Shown here in pieces: positions 20,665-30,303 of a stretch of 64,000 nt of DNA; the stretch's first letter is position 1, and each line of letters starts with the position of its first letter. Origin of the DNA: an uncultured delta proteobacterium (GTDB lineage: Bacteria; Myxococcota_A; Polyangia; Polyangiales; Polyangiaceae); the NCBI GenBank assembly GCA_963696385.1, contig CAVOKF010000003.1, forward strand, positions 704,001-768,000, read 5' to 3'. The notes under the pieces were generated by a model, which ran no database searches, was not told the origin of the DNA, and worked only from the letters and a program-made list of their open reading frames with translations. A program made the translations under genes and the position numbers.

Positions 20665-21552
20665 ATGCGCTTGCGCACGTTCGCCCCGCTGCTTTTGCTT
20701 GTCACCCCAATCGCGACGCCCGCCTGCGCAAAACCAGGGGGCGACTGCAGCGAAACGCCCGGGAGCTGCGCGAACAAGACCTCTCATCTCGTGTGCGTCA
20801 AAGGCAAGTATGTGCTCGAGACATGCAAGGGGCCGGGCGGCTGTGCCGACGACACGGCGCTCGTGTGCGACAGCACCCGCGCAGACATCGGCGACGGATG
20901 CGGACACGACGGCGCGCGCGCATGCAGCACCGACGGCAGCAAAGAGCTGCGATGCCGCGATGGCCAATTCGCCGTGGAATGGAGTTGCCGGGGCGGGTGC
21001 ACCCTCGACGCCAGCAAGAATCCCAAGTGCACCCCGACGGGGGAGGTCGGCGACCTGTGCCGAACCGACTCAATCGTTTGCGACGGCAAAGGCAAAACGC
21101 AGCTCTCGTGCGTCGAAGGCAAGCTCGCAGCGACGCGCACGTGTCACGGCGCGCTGGGCTGCCAGACCGCACCGGGCGGAGGGGTACGATGCGACCGCAC
21201 TCAGGCGCTCGAAGGGGAAGATTGCCGCGAAGAGGGTGCGGGCGCGTGCGATATGACCCGAAAGAACGTGCTTGTCTGCCAAGGCGGCCACTTCAAGACT
21301 CAGCTGCACTGCCTCGGCCCGTTGGGCTGCGAGCTCCCCGGAAACTACAGTGAACGCTGCGACAAGAGCATCGTCGAACTCGACGAGCCCTGTACGGAAG
21401 AGGGCGCCATTTCCTGCTCGACGGACGGCAAGCAAGTCAAGTGCACCGACGGCAAATTCTCTATCGACAAGAAATGGAAGCCCGCGAAGGGCGAGACATG
21501 CAGCGTGCGCTACCGAATGAGCCTCGAGACGGAAAAGTTCGAAGCGCGCTGA
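20665..21552 (+). CDS. cysteine-rich repeat lipoprotein
   Basis: Signal ending TPAC; 29 Cys arranged as four six-Cys repeats plus a partial fifth. Confidence 0.85.
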   Translation: MRLRTFAPLLLLVTPIATPACAKPGGDCSETPGSCANKTSHLVCVKGKYVLETCKGPGGCADDTALVCDSTRADIGDGCGHDGARACSTDGSKELRCRDGQFAVEWSCRGGCTLDASKNPKCTPTGEVGDLCRTDSIVCDGKGKTQLSCVEGKLAATRTCHGALGCQTAPGGGVRCDRTQALEGEDCREEGAGACDMTRKNVLVCQGGHFKTQLHCLGPLGCELPGNYSERCDKSIVELDEPCTEEGAISCSTDGKQVKCTDGKFSIDKKWKPAKGETCSVRYRMSLETEKFEAR

Positions 21553-21573
21553 GTCGACTCCACGTCCTGCGCT

Positions 21574-22345
21574 TCACGGCCACGAAACGGAGTACCCCAG
21601 CCAGGAGTACACCGCACGCCCGAGATATTCCCGCAGCGCCGTCGAACTCTCGGCCAGCGAATCCGCGCGCGGCAACCACGAACCCGTGAAACGGGTCGGA
21701 TCGTACGACCTGAAGTCGACCGGCCACGTATCGAAATCGAGGCCGGCGCGGCGAACGCAGCCGGCCGCTCGCTTCAGGTGGAACGCACTCGTCACGAGCA
21801 ACAGCCGAGTCCATCCTTTCAGCCGAACGATGCGAGCCACTTCGATCGCGTTCTCGTGCGTGTTACGGCTTCGGTCGTCGACCGCAATGCGGTCGGCTGC
21901 GATGCCCCATGATTCGAGCTGCCGTTCGAGAACGACCGACTCGGGCAAGGGGTTGTCCTCGGCGGCGCGCCCTCCCGCCAAAAGCGCGTAGCGAGCGCGT
22001 CCGGTTCTCAGGGAGATCGAACCCGGCAAGCAGACGGTCGGCGGCATCGGTGTAGTTGGGAACTGCGGGCTTCTGGTCGACCACCCCGCCCAGCACGATG
22101 ACCGCGTCGTACGGCGCCGTCCAGCGAGCCGTCGCTCGCGCAGATGACTCCAGCCCGCGCAAGAGTGCATTGGCCACCGGCTCCGTGCTGAAGAGATACA
22201 GAATTGCCAGCCCGGAAGCTGGAGCGGCGAGCGTCAGCCGCGCGACCTTCCTACTTGCCCCCCAGAGGCCCGCGGCGCCGAGGGCCAACGCCCACACGAG
22301 CGGCGTCGCGAGCGTGTCGACCGTCTTGGATAGGAAAAAAAACAC
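21574..22345 (-). CDS. YdcF/ElyC (DUF218) family protein (+1 frameshift near 22012)
   Basis: MFFFLSK, DAVIVLGG, DRL in one frame; SRNTHENA, LLVTSAFHLKRA, REYLG in the other. Confidence 0.88.
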
Positions 22346-22388
22346 CGCCTTGGCAAGCTTAGCGTGGGCTCGTTGTCGCGATCCCGGC

Positions 22389-23180
22389 TCACGACCTCCT
22401 CAAGCCCGTCGCGTTCGTCAGCAACATCTCTCGGACTGCAGCGGCCCGCTCGCGTGCGACCGGGACCCGCACACCACGCCCGGCATCCGCGACGCTGGCA
22501 CCCACGAAGAGCTTGGTTTCGTGACCGTCGCGTTCGAGTTCCTTGATGTGCGTCGCGTTGACCAGCCAATTTCGGTGTACGCGCACGAACGCCCGCCCGA
22601 ACGAGGTCTCGACGGCAGCCAACGACAAATCGATGTCGAACAAGCCGTGAGTCGTGTGCACGAACGTCAGCCGGTCCGCTGCTTCGAATGCCCAGATTTC
22701 ATGCGGCTGCAGGAACACGAGGCTGCGTTTTCGGCGAGCGACGATGCGGGGTGGCCCGTTGCTCGGCACGCGCGCTTCGGCGCGGTGATGATGCAACCGC
22801 CGAAGACATTGACCTACGCGGTCTTCGCTGAACGGCTTGAGCAGGTAATCGACGGCGCCGAGATCGAACGCCGCGAGCGCATGCTCATCGAATGCCGTCG
22901 CGAAAACGAACATCGGCGCCGTCGGCTGGTCTGCGACCTCCCGCACGAGGGTGAGCCCGGTTTCGCCAGGCGACGCACCCTCAAGCGAAATGTCCACGAA
23001 CACGACGTCGACGCCGACCCCCAAGGCGTCGACCGCGAGCGCCTGCCGTGCCTCGTCCATGCTCCCGACGGCGCCGACGACCTCCGCGAGTCCGGACGAT
23101 TCGAGCAATTCGACCAAGTAGTTGCGCGCAGGCCACTCGTCTTCGACGACGAGAGCGCGCAGCGGAGGCGGTACCGACAC
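22389..23180 (-). CDS. LytTR-family response regulator
   Basis: REC motifs VVEDE, VFVDI, FATAF, DYLLKP; LytTR FVRVHRNWLVN. Confidence 0.93.
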   Translation of the reverse strand: MSVPPPLRALVVEDEWPARNYLVELLESSGLAEVVGAVGSMDEARQALAVDALGVGVDVVFVDISLEGASPGETGLTLVREVADQPTAPMFVFATAFDEHALAAFDLGAVDYLLKPFSEDRVGQCLRRLHHHRAEARVPSNGPPRIVARRKRSLVFLQPHEIWAFEAADRLTFVHTTHGLFDIDLSLAAVETSFGRAFVRVHRNWLVNATHIKELERDGHETKLFVGASVADAGRGVRVPVARERAAAVREMLLTNATGLRRS

Positions 23181-23183
23181 GAG

Positions 23184-24311
23184 CTACTCGCCCGCGCCAG
23201 CGATTTCGACAATCGCCCGCGTTCCTGTGCTCGATGACTCGAACCGAAGCGATGCGTGTGACGCTTCGAGCTCGAGCCGACGCCGCACCGACTGCAGGCC
23301 GAAGGCCCCCTCACGGACGTCGGCCTCATGCATGCCGGGGCCATTGTCCTCGATGATGCACACGAGAGAACCACCCGCACCCCCGGATGCGCGGATCACC
23401 ACTTCGCCTGCGCCGTCGGGTCGTCGCAGCGCGCCGTGTTTGACGGCATTCTCGACGAGCGGCTGCAGAAGCATGCGGGGAATCATCGCGCCTGCGCTTT
23501 CCGGAGCCACGTCCCAACCGAAACGAAGGACGCCGTGATGGCGCGCTTCGAGGATCTGCGCGTATCTCCGCAGCCACGCAATCTGCTTGTCGAGGCGCTG
23601 CGTCTCACTCGTTTCCTGTACCGCGTCGCGCAGCAGGTCGCCCAGACACACCAGCAAGTGCCTGGCTTCGCGCGGCTCCTCGGTGACCAGTCCCGCGATC
23701 GCATTCAGCGTATTAAGCAGGAAGTGCGGCTCGAGGTGCAATCGCAGAGTCGAAAGCTCCGCTTGCGTTCGCAAATGCTGGGCTTCAAGGGAGCGGACCC
23801 CGGCGCTCTCCACAGCGAACGGGTACACAAACGCCAACGTCCAAATGCCGAAGTACAGCTGCGCGTTGATGGCGCCGAAGAGAACCGAGCGCAGGAGACT
23901 CGCCCCATTCGGGTGATGCAGCCGAAGCTCCGGCACGTGCATCGCGACGACCCCGTAGAGCAGCCCGAAGACACAACCGATGCCGGTGACGATGATCACG
24001 CCGGCGCCGAGGCCCTGCGTCGCGCTCATCCGCCGTCGAACCGACCAGGCGAACGAAGCCGACAGCGCCAGCATGAGGATCGACAGCTCAAAGGACATGA
24101 AAATCAGCTGCGCGACAATGCGAGCCGTCTCACGTCCGGCGATAAAGTCTTTCGCGACCTGCAGAACCATCACGCCCGCGACGACCAGCGCACCGAGGAC
24201 GCGGCGGGGCCGAACGAGCGGCGGCGTACGCACCGAAATCGCTCGTGCTTGGACCACCCGCTCATCGAGCCGAGACGCGGTCGAAAATGAACCGGCGCTT
24301 GGCACGATCAT
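23184..24311 (-). CDS. LytS-type sensor histidine kinase
   Basis: Four TM segments, then LEPHFLLNTLNAI, LQPLVENAVKHG, EDNGPG, FGLQSVRRRL. Confidence 0.92.
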   Translation of the reverse strand: MIVPSAGSFSTASRLDERVVQARAISVRTPPLVRPRRVLGALVVAGVMVLQVAKDFIAGRETARIVAQLIFMSFELSILMLALSASFAWSVRRRMSATQGLGAGVIIVTGIGCVFGLLYGVVAMHVPELRLHHPNGASLLRSVLFGAINAQLYFGIWTLAFVYPFAVESAGVRSLEAQHLRTQAELSTLRLHLEPHFLLNTLNAIAGLVTEEPREARHLLVCLGDLLRDAVQETSETQRLDKQIAWLRRYAQILEARHHGVLRFGWDVAPESAGAMIPRMLLQPLVENAVKHGALRRPDGAGEVVIRASGGAGGSLVCIIEDNGPGMHEADVREGAFGLQSVRRRLELEASHASLRFESSSTGTRAIVEIAGAGE

Positions 24312-24315
24312 GGCT
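24300..24315 (+). promoter_or_regulatory. candidate sigma-54 (-24/-12) promoter for the efflux operon
   Basis: TGGCACGATCATGGCT has correct GG-N10-GC spacing and one mismatch to TGGCACGNNNNTTGCW; 140 bp upstream of tolC but overlaps the kinase start codon. Confidence 0.35.
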
Positions 24316-24455
24316 TCGATTCTACATTGCCACGGCGCCCGCTGCTGCGCTGCCGGTCGGTAGGCCACCGCGCCTCGTCCGAACATTTTCACGGGTCGTC
24401 GTTTGCGACGAGGTGCCGGCGATACCTAAGGCATCGTATCCTCGCGCCATTCGAT

Positions 24456-25919
24456 ATGTGGACCCGACGTCTAGTCTGCACGCTCTCCACCCTTGCGCCC
24501 ATCGTGTTCGGTCTCGATTCGGCCATCGCTCAGGAGGGCGTCCCGGCTTCCGAACCCCCGCAGCCGCGACACGGCGAGACGCCTGCGTCGAGCGCACCGC
24601 CGACCGGTCCCGCAGCGACCCGCATTGTGAATTTGCAGGCGCTGGAGCGCTTCGCCGTCACGCGTCAACCGCAAATGCTCGTGGCGCAAGCGCAAATCAG
24701 CATCGCCCAAGGGAATGTCGAGCAGGCCCGATCGCCGTTTCTCCCCCAAATCGCCGCCGTCGCGCAGTACTCGTACGGCAACTCGATTCGACCGTACGCC
24801 GTCACGACCTCGACCCCAACGAGCGGCACGGGAACGGGAACGGGTACGGGTACGACCACGACGATGACGACCACCTCCACCGGAGGTACGAGCCTATCGT
24901 TCTCGAGCGCCTCGGGGTTCTGGGACTTCGGACTGAGCGGCACGCAGCTCATCTACGACTTCGGCCAGACCGCTGGAAGGTACCGATCTGCCAAGGAGAC
25001 TCTCGAGTCGCAACGCTTCGCGGAAAGGACGACGCTGCTGCAGGTGCTTCTCGCCGTTCGGCGGGCTTACTTCACCGCCCGCGCGAACAAGGAGTTGGTG
25101 GATGTCCAGCGCGACACGCTTCGCGATCAGGAGAGCCATCTCACGCAGGTGCAAGGAATGGTCCAGGTCGGCACGCAACCTCAAATCGCGCTCGTGACGC
25201 AGAAGGCGGCGGTCGCCAACGCCCAAGTGCAGCTCATCACCGCACAAAACAACTACGAAACGGCCAAGGCGCAGCTCAACCAAGCCGCCGGAGTCACGGG
25301 CGGAACCGACTACGATGTGGGTAACGAACTCGTCCCTCCGGTCGATGACGAGGAGCAGCCGCTCGACACGCTCGTGAATAAGGCCATGCAGGCGCGACCG
25401 GAGCTGGCGACACTGGAACGACAGCGTTCGGCGCAGGAAGCTTCCGTCAGCGCCGCGAAGGGGGGCTACGGACCCACCCTGTCCGCGACGGGCAGCGTGG
25501 CCGAAGAGGGCCTCGCGCTCGATGGCTTGCAGCCGGCGTGGAGTGTCGGCGGGCTCATCTCGTGGCCGATTTTCCAAGGCGGGCTCACCTATGGCCAAGT
25601 CCACTCCGCCGAGGCGACGCTCTCGAGTATCGAAGCGCAGCGAACGCTCGAAGAGCTTCAGGTGCGGCTCGACGTCGATTCGGCGCAGCTCGCAGTGCGC
25701 GCCGGCAAGGCGACCATCGGCGCCTCGGAAGACGCCGTGGCCAATGCCCGAGACCAATTGCGGCTGGCCGAGCAACGCTATGCGACCGGAGTCGGAAACA
25801 TCATCGAGCTCGACGACGCACAAGTCGCTTATACAGCAGCGGCAGCACAACTCGTTCAGGCGCGCTATGCCCTCGCGACCGCTCGAGCCCAGCTTCTCGC
25901 CGCCTTGGGACGAACATGA
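24456..25919 (+). CDS. TolC-family outer-membrane efflux protein
   Basis: Signal peptide, two OEP repeats (QLIYDFG, VRRAYF, WPIFQGG, RYATGVG); first gene of the efflux operon. Confidence 0.92.
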   Translation: MWTRRLVCTLSTLAPIVFGLDSAIAQEGVPASEPPQPRHGETPASSAPPTGPAATRIVNLQALERFAVTRQPQMLVAQAQISIAQGNVEQARSPFLPQIAAVAQYSYGNSIRPYAVTTSTPTSGTGTGTGTGTTTTMTTTSTGGTSLSFSSASGFWDFGLSGTQLIYDFGQTAGRYRSAKETLESQRFAERTTLLQVLLAVRRAYFTARANKELVDVQRDTLRDQESHLTQVQGMVQVGTQPQIALVTQKAAVANAQVQLITAQNNYETAKAQLNQAAGVTGGTDYDVGNELVPPVDDEEQPLDTLVNKAMQARPELATLERQRSAQEASVSAAKGGYGPTLSATGSVAEEGLALDGLQPAWSVGGLISWPIFQGGLTYGQVHSAEATLSSIEAQRTLEELQVRLDVDSAQLAVRAGKATIGASEDAVANARDQLRLAEQRYATGVGNIIELDDAQVAYTAAAAQLVQARYALATARAQLLAALGRT

Positions 25920-27193
25920 TTCATGACAATCCGATGACCGTCGGCTCTCCAGGAGGAACCGCGATCTCGCCGCCCAGGCGCTCTCCGTGGATGCGGCTCG
26001 GTCTCGTAGCCCTGCTCGCCGCGACCGTCGCCGGCACGACGTGGATGGTGCGCGCGCGCGAGCGAGCGAGCGCCACGCAAGCCGCAGGAGCTGCCCGCGC
26101 CGCGGCGGAGCGGCAGACCCCCGTGCTGACGGCGCCGGTGGTGGAGCGCGACGTTTCCGTTTGGCGTGAAGGCCTGGGCAACGTCAGTGCCTTCTACACC
26201 GTCACGGTGAAGACTCTGGTCGACGGACGCATCGACCGGGTCCTTTTCAAAGAGGGCCAGAAGGTCAAGAAGGGCGACGTTCTTATCCAGATTGACCCTC
26301 GCCCGTTTGAGATTCAATTGCTGTCCGCCCAAGCCGCGCTCGAGCGCGACCAGGCCCAGCTGAAGAACGGACAGGTCAACGCGGATCGATACAAGACGCT
26401 GAGCCAGCAGAACCTCATTGCAGTGCAGCAATACACCGACCAGGCGGCGACGGTCGCGCAGCTCGACGGACAGGTCAAAGGGGACCAAGCGGCCATCGAC
26501 ACCGCGAAGCTGAACTTGGACTACGCGCGAATCACGTCGCCGATCGACGGCGTGGTCGGCATCCGCCTCGTGGATCCGGGCAACGTCGTCCACGCGAGCG
26601 ACACGGGGGGCCTCGTTGTGCTGACCCAGCTCGACCCCATCGCCGTGTTCTTTACGTTGCCCGAAGACGATCTCCCGACCATCAGCAAGGCCATGGCGGC
26701 GGGCCCGCTCACCGTCGACGCGTACAGCCGCGACGGCGCGACCCGGCTCGCCGAAGGCAAACTCCTCGTGATCGACAATCAAATCAATCAGGCCACGGCC
26801 ACGCTTCGATTGAAGGCCGTGTTCGACAATCCGCAGAACATTCTTTGGCCCAACGCTTTCGTCAAGGCCCGCCTGCACATCGCGACGCGCCGCAAGGCGG
26901 TCGTCATGCCCGCCGCAGCGATCCAGCGCGGGCCTCAGGGCATGTTCGTGTACGTGGCCACTGCCGAGGGGACCGCCGCCGCGCGGCCTGTCGAAATTGC
27001 ACTCACGCAAGGAGAAATCGCGGTCGTAGCCAAGGGGGTCAACGTCGGCGACCAAATCGTCGTCGAAGGGCAGGCCCAGCTCCGTCCGGGAGCCAAAATC
27101 GCTGCCAAGCCCGCGCCTGCCTCGTTGGCCTCCGGTTCGGCTTCTGGGTCGCCCCCGGGCGGCGCCGGAGACCCCGGAGGGCCCTCGCCTTGA
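25916..27193 (+). CDS. mdtA: RND efflux periplasmic adaptor, MdtA-like
   Basis: VDGRIDRVLFKEGQKVKKGD...IDPRPF, ITSPIDG...LVDPGNVV, IDNQINQATAT; ATGA overlap with tolC. Confidence 0.9.
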   Translation: MIHDNPMTVGSPGGTAISPPRRSPWMRLGLVALLAATVAGTTWMVRARERASATQAAGAARAAAERQTPVLTAPVVERDVSVWREGLGNVSAFYTVTVKTLVDGRIDRVLFKEGQKVKKGDVLIQIDPRPFEIQLLSAQAALERDQAQLKNGQVNADRYKTLSQQNLIAVQQYTDQAATVAQLDGQVKGDQAAIDTAKLNLDYARITSPIDGVVGIRLVDPGNVVHASDTGGLVVLTQLDPIAVFFTLPEDDLPTISKAMAAGPLTVDAYSRDGATRLAEGKLLVIDNQINQATATLRLKAVFDNPQNILWPNAFVKARLHIATRRKAVVMPAAAIQRGPQGMFVYVATAEGTAAARPVEIALTQGEIAVVAKGVNVGDQIVVEGQAQLRPGAKIAAKPAPASLASGSASGSPPGGAGDPGGPSP

Positions 27194-30100
27194 GCGGGGT
27201 GTCCGAGCCGTTCATCCGGAGGCCGGTCGCCACGACTCTTCTGATGGTCGGCCTCTTGCTGGCCGGGGTGGTCGCCTTCGCGCAATTACCCGTCGCCGCG
27301 CTGCCTCAAGTCGACTACCCGACCATCGTCGTCTCGACGGCACTGCCCGGCGGCAGCGCCGCGACGATGGCGTCCGCCGTGACGACGCCCCTCGAACGCC
27401 AGTTCGGCCAGATGCCCGCGCTCACGCAGATGACGAGCGTGTCGAGCTTCGGCTATTCGCAGGTCACGCTGCAGTTCGATCTGGACCGCAGCATCGACGC
27501 CGCGCAGCAAGACGTCCAGGCCGCCATCAATGCCGCTTCGAGCCTGCTTCCCCCGCAGCTGCCGACCCCGCCCACGTATTCGAAAAGCAACCCCGCGGAC
27601 CAGCCGATCCTCACTCTGGCGATCAGCTCGGAAGTCCTGCCGCTGGAAGACGTCGACGACTACGCCGACTCGATCCTCGCGCAAAAAATCTCTCAAGTTT
27701 CCGGTGTGGGCCTCGTGACGATCAACGGCGGGCAAAAGCCGGCGGTGCGCGTGCAGATCGATCCCGAAGCACTGGCAGGGACCGTTCTGACGATGGAGGA
27801 CGTACGCCAGTCCTTGGTCGCCGCGAACATCAACGAGCCGAAAGGCAATCTCGACGGTCCGCGACAAGACTACGTGTTGTCCACGAACGATCAGCTCTAC
27901 AAAGCCAACGGATTCAAGCCACTGGTCATCGCGTATGTGAACGGATCGCCGGTACGCCTCGAAGACGTTGCGACGGTCGTCGATGGCGTCGAAAATTCTC
28001 AGCTCGCGGGATGGTCTGGCGACAAGCGCGCCATCATTTTGAACGTGCAGAGGCAGCCCGGCGCGAACGTCATCCAAGTTGCCGACCGCGTGAAGGCCTT
28101 GCTCCCTCACCTGACCGCGTCGCTGCCGCAAGGACTGGACGTCAAGGTCCTGAGCGACCGGACCGAAACCGTCCGCGCCTCCGTGGAGGACGTCGAACGG
28201 ACACTCGTCATCACGATCGGACTGGTGGTCGCGGTCATCTTCCTTTTCTTGCGCAGCGTACGCGCGACCCTCATTCCAAGCGTCGCGGTGCCCCTGTCGT
28301 TGATCGGCACGTTCGGCGTGATGTACATCGTTGGTTACAGCCTGAACAATCTGTCGCTGATGGCGCTCACGATCGCGACGGGCTTTGTCGTCGACGACGC
28401 CATCGTCATGATCGAGAACATCGCCCGCTACATCGAGGAGGGCGAGAAGCCGTTCGACGCGGCCCTCAAAGGGGCGGGCCAGATCGGCTTTACCATCGTT
28501 TCCTTGACCGTGTCCCTGATCGCAGTGCTCATCCCCCTTCTCTTCATGGGAGGGCTCATCGGACGCCTGTTCCGAGAGTTCGCGGTCACTCTGGCGGCCT
28601 CGATCGCGGTGTCGGCACTTCTCTCGCTCACGCTCACGGCCATGATGTGCGCGCACCTGCTTCGCCCCGAGCCCAAGGCAGAGGCGAGGAGTACCCTGTA
28701 TCGCTGGTCGGAAGCGGGATTCGATCGCGCGCTTGCGCTTTACGACAGCGGGTTGAAGTTCGTGTTGCGCCATCGGCTCGCAACACTGCTCGTCACCATC
28801 GGCACGTTCGTTTTGACGATCGTCCTGGCGGTCGACGTTCCCAAGGGCTTCTTTCCACAGCAAGACACCGGCGCCATTTTGGGGGTGACCGAAGCCTCGC
28901 CCGACGTGTCGTTCACGAAGATGATGGCGCTGCAACGCGAGGCGGCCGATGCCGTCCTGACCGACCCCGACGTCCTGAATGTTGCCTCGTTCATCGGGTC
29001 GGATGGCACGAACCCAACGACGAACAGCGGGCGGCTGTCGATCACGCTCAAGCCCCTCGCGGATCGCGGGGCGAACGCCGACGCCATCATCGCGCGTCTG
29101 CAGCCCAAACTGGCGCGAATCGACGGACTGACGTCATTTCTGCAGTCCGTCCAGGACTTGCAAATCGACAGCCGCGTCAGCCGGACACAGTTCCAGTACA
29201 CGCTCGAAGATGCCGACCCGAAGGAGCTCACCCAGTGGGCGCCGAGACTTTTGACCGAGCTGCGCAAAGAGCACGTCCTCACGGACGTGACCAGCGATCA
29301 GGAAGAATCCGGACTCCAGGTGTCTCTCACCATCGACCGCGACACGGCATCGCGGCTCGGAATCTCGCTGCAGACCATCGACGACACACTGTACGACGCC
29401 TTCGGGCAGCGCCAGGTTTCGATTATTTTTACCCAACTCAACCTGTACCGCGTCATCCTCGAAGTGAAGCCCGATCTGGCCCGCTCCTCGCAGGCACTCG
29501 ACAGACTCTTCGTGCGATCGATCAATGGGACGCCCACACCACTCAGCGCCATGGTCCACTGGTCCACGACAACGGCGTCACTCGCGATCAACCATCAAGG
29601 ACAGTTCCCGGCGGTGACGATTTCGTTCAACCTTGCCGGCGGGCAATCCCTGGGTGACGCCGTGACGGCGATTCATGACGCGCAGCGTCGGATCGGCATT
29701 CCTCCGAGCGTTCACGCCGAATTCGTCGGAACTGCGCAGGCCTTCAACCAGTCGCTCGCGAGCGAACCGGTGCTGATCCTCGCCGCAGTGATCACGGTCT
29801 ATATCGTTCTCGGAGTGCTCTACGAGAGCTACATCCATCCGATTACGATCTTGTCGACGCTGCCGTCCGCCGGCGTCGGGGCCCTGCTTGCGCTGTACGT
29901 CTGCAAGACGGACTTCAGCGTGATCGCGCTCATCGGCATCATTCTGCTCATCGGCATCGTCAAGAAGAACGCGATCATGATGATCGACTTCGCGCTCGAA
30001 GCGGAGCGACAGCATGGGATGTCGCCCGAAGCGTCGATTCATCAGGCGTGTCTGCTCCGCTTCCGCCCCATCATGATGACGACGATGGCGGCACTGCTCG

Positions 30101-30303
30101 GGGGGCTACCGCTCGCGCTCGGAACGGGGATGGGCTCGGAGCTCCGGCGGCCTCTCGGTATCACCATCGTCGGAGGACTGCTTATCTCGCAGGTGCTGAC
30201 GCTCTACACGACGCCCGTCGTTTACCTTTACATGGACCGACTGGGCGAGTGGCTATCGAAGGCCGCCGGCCGCCGGCCCGCGGAGGTTCAAGCGCTGCCG
30301 TGA
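27190..30303 (+). CDS. mdtB: RND efflux permease, MdtB-like
   Basis: FIRRPVATTLLM, LERQFGQMP, GFVVDDAIVMIEN, GIVKKNAIMMIDF, RFRPIMMTT. Confidence 0.93.
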   Translation: MSGVSEPFIRRPVATTLLMVGLLLAGVVAFAQLPVAALPQVDYPTIVVSTALPGGSAATMASAVTTPLERQFGQMPALTQMTSVSSFGYSQVTLQFDLDRSIDAAQQDVQAAINAASSLLPPQLPTPPTYSKSNPADQPILTLAISSEVLPLEDVDDYADSILAQKISQVSGVGLVTINGGQKPAVRVQIDPEALAGTVLTMEDVRQSLVAANINEPKGNLDGPRQDYVLSTNDQLYKANGFKPLVIAYVNGSPVRLEDVATVVDGVENSQLAGWSGDKRAIILNVQRQPGANVIQVADRVKALLPHLTASLPQGLDVKVLSDRTETVRASVEDVERTLVITIGLVVAVIFLFLRSVRATLIPSVAVPLSLIGTFGVMYIVGYSLNNLSLMALTIATGFVVDDAIVMIENIARYIEEGEKPFDAALKGAGQIGFTIVSLTVSLIAVLIPLLFMGGLIGRLFREFAVTLAASIAVSALLSLTLTAMMCAHLLRPEPKAEARSTLYRWSEAGFDRALALYDSGLKFVLRHRLATLLVTIGTFVLTIVLAVDVPKGFFPQQDTGAILGVTEASPDVSFTKMMALQREAADAVLTDPDVLNVASFIGSDGTNPTTNSGRLSITLKPLADRGANADAIIARLQPKLARIDGLTSFLQSVQDLQIDSRVSRTQFQYTLEDADPKELTQWAPRLLTELRKEHVLTDVTSDQEESGLQVSLTIDRDTASRLGISLQTIDDTLYDAFGQRQVSIIFTQLNLYRVILEVKPDLARSSQALDRLFVRSINGTPTPLSAMVHWSTTTASLAINHQGQFPAVTISFNLAGGQSLGDAVTAIHDAQRRIGIPPSVHAEFVGTAQAFNQSLASEPVLILAAVITVYIVLGVLYESYIHPITILSTLPSAGVGALLALYVCKTDFSVIALIGIILLIGIVKKNAIMMIDFALEAERQHGMSPEASIHQACLLRFRPIMMTTMAALLGGLPLALGTGMGSELRRPLGITIVGGLLISQVLTLYTTPVVYLYMDRLGEWLSKAAGRRPAEVQALP

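Noticed and set aside
27286..29657. 549-aa minus and 548-aa plus alternative ORFs
   Set aside because: Lie wholly within mdtB; Arg/His-rich off-frame composition.
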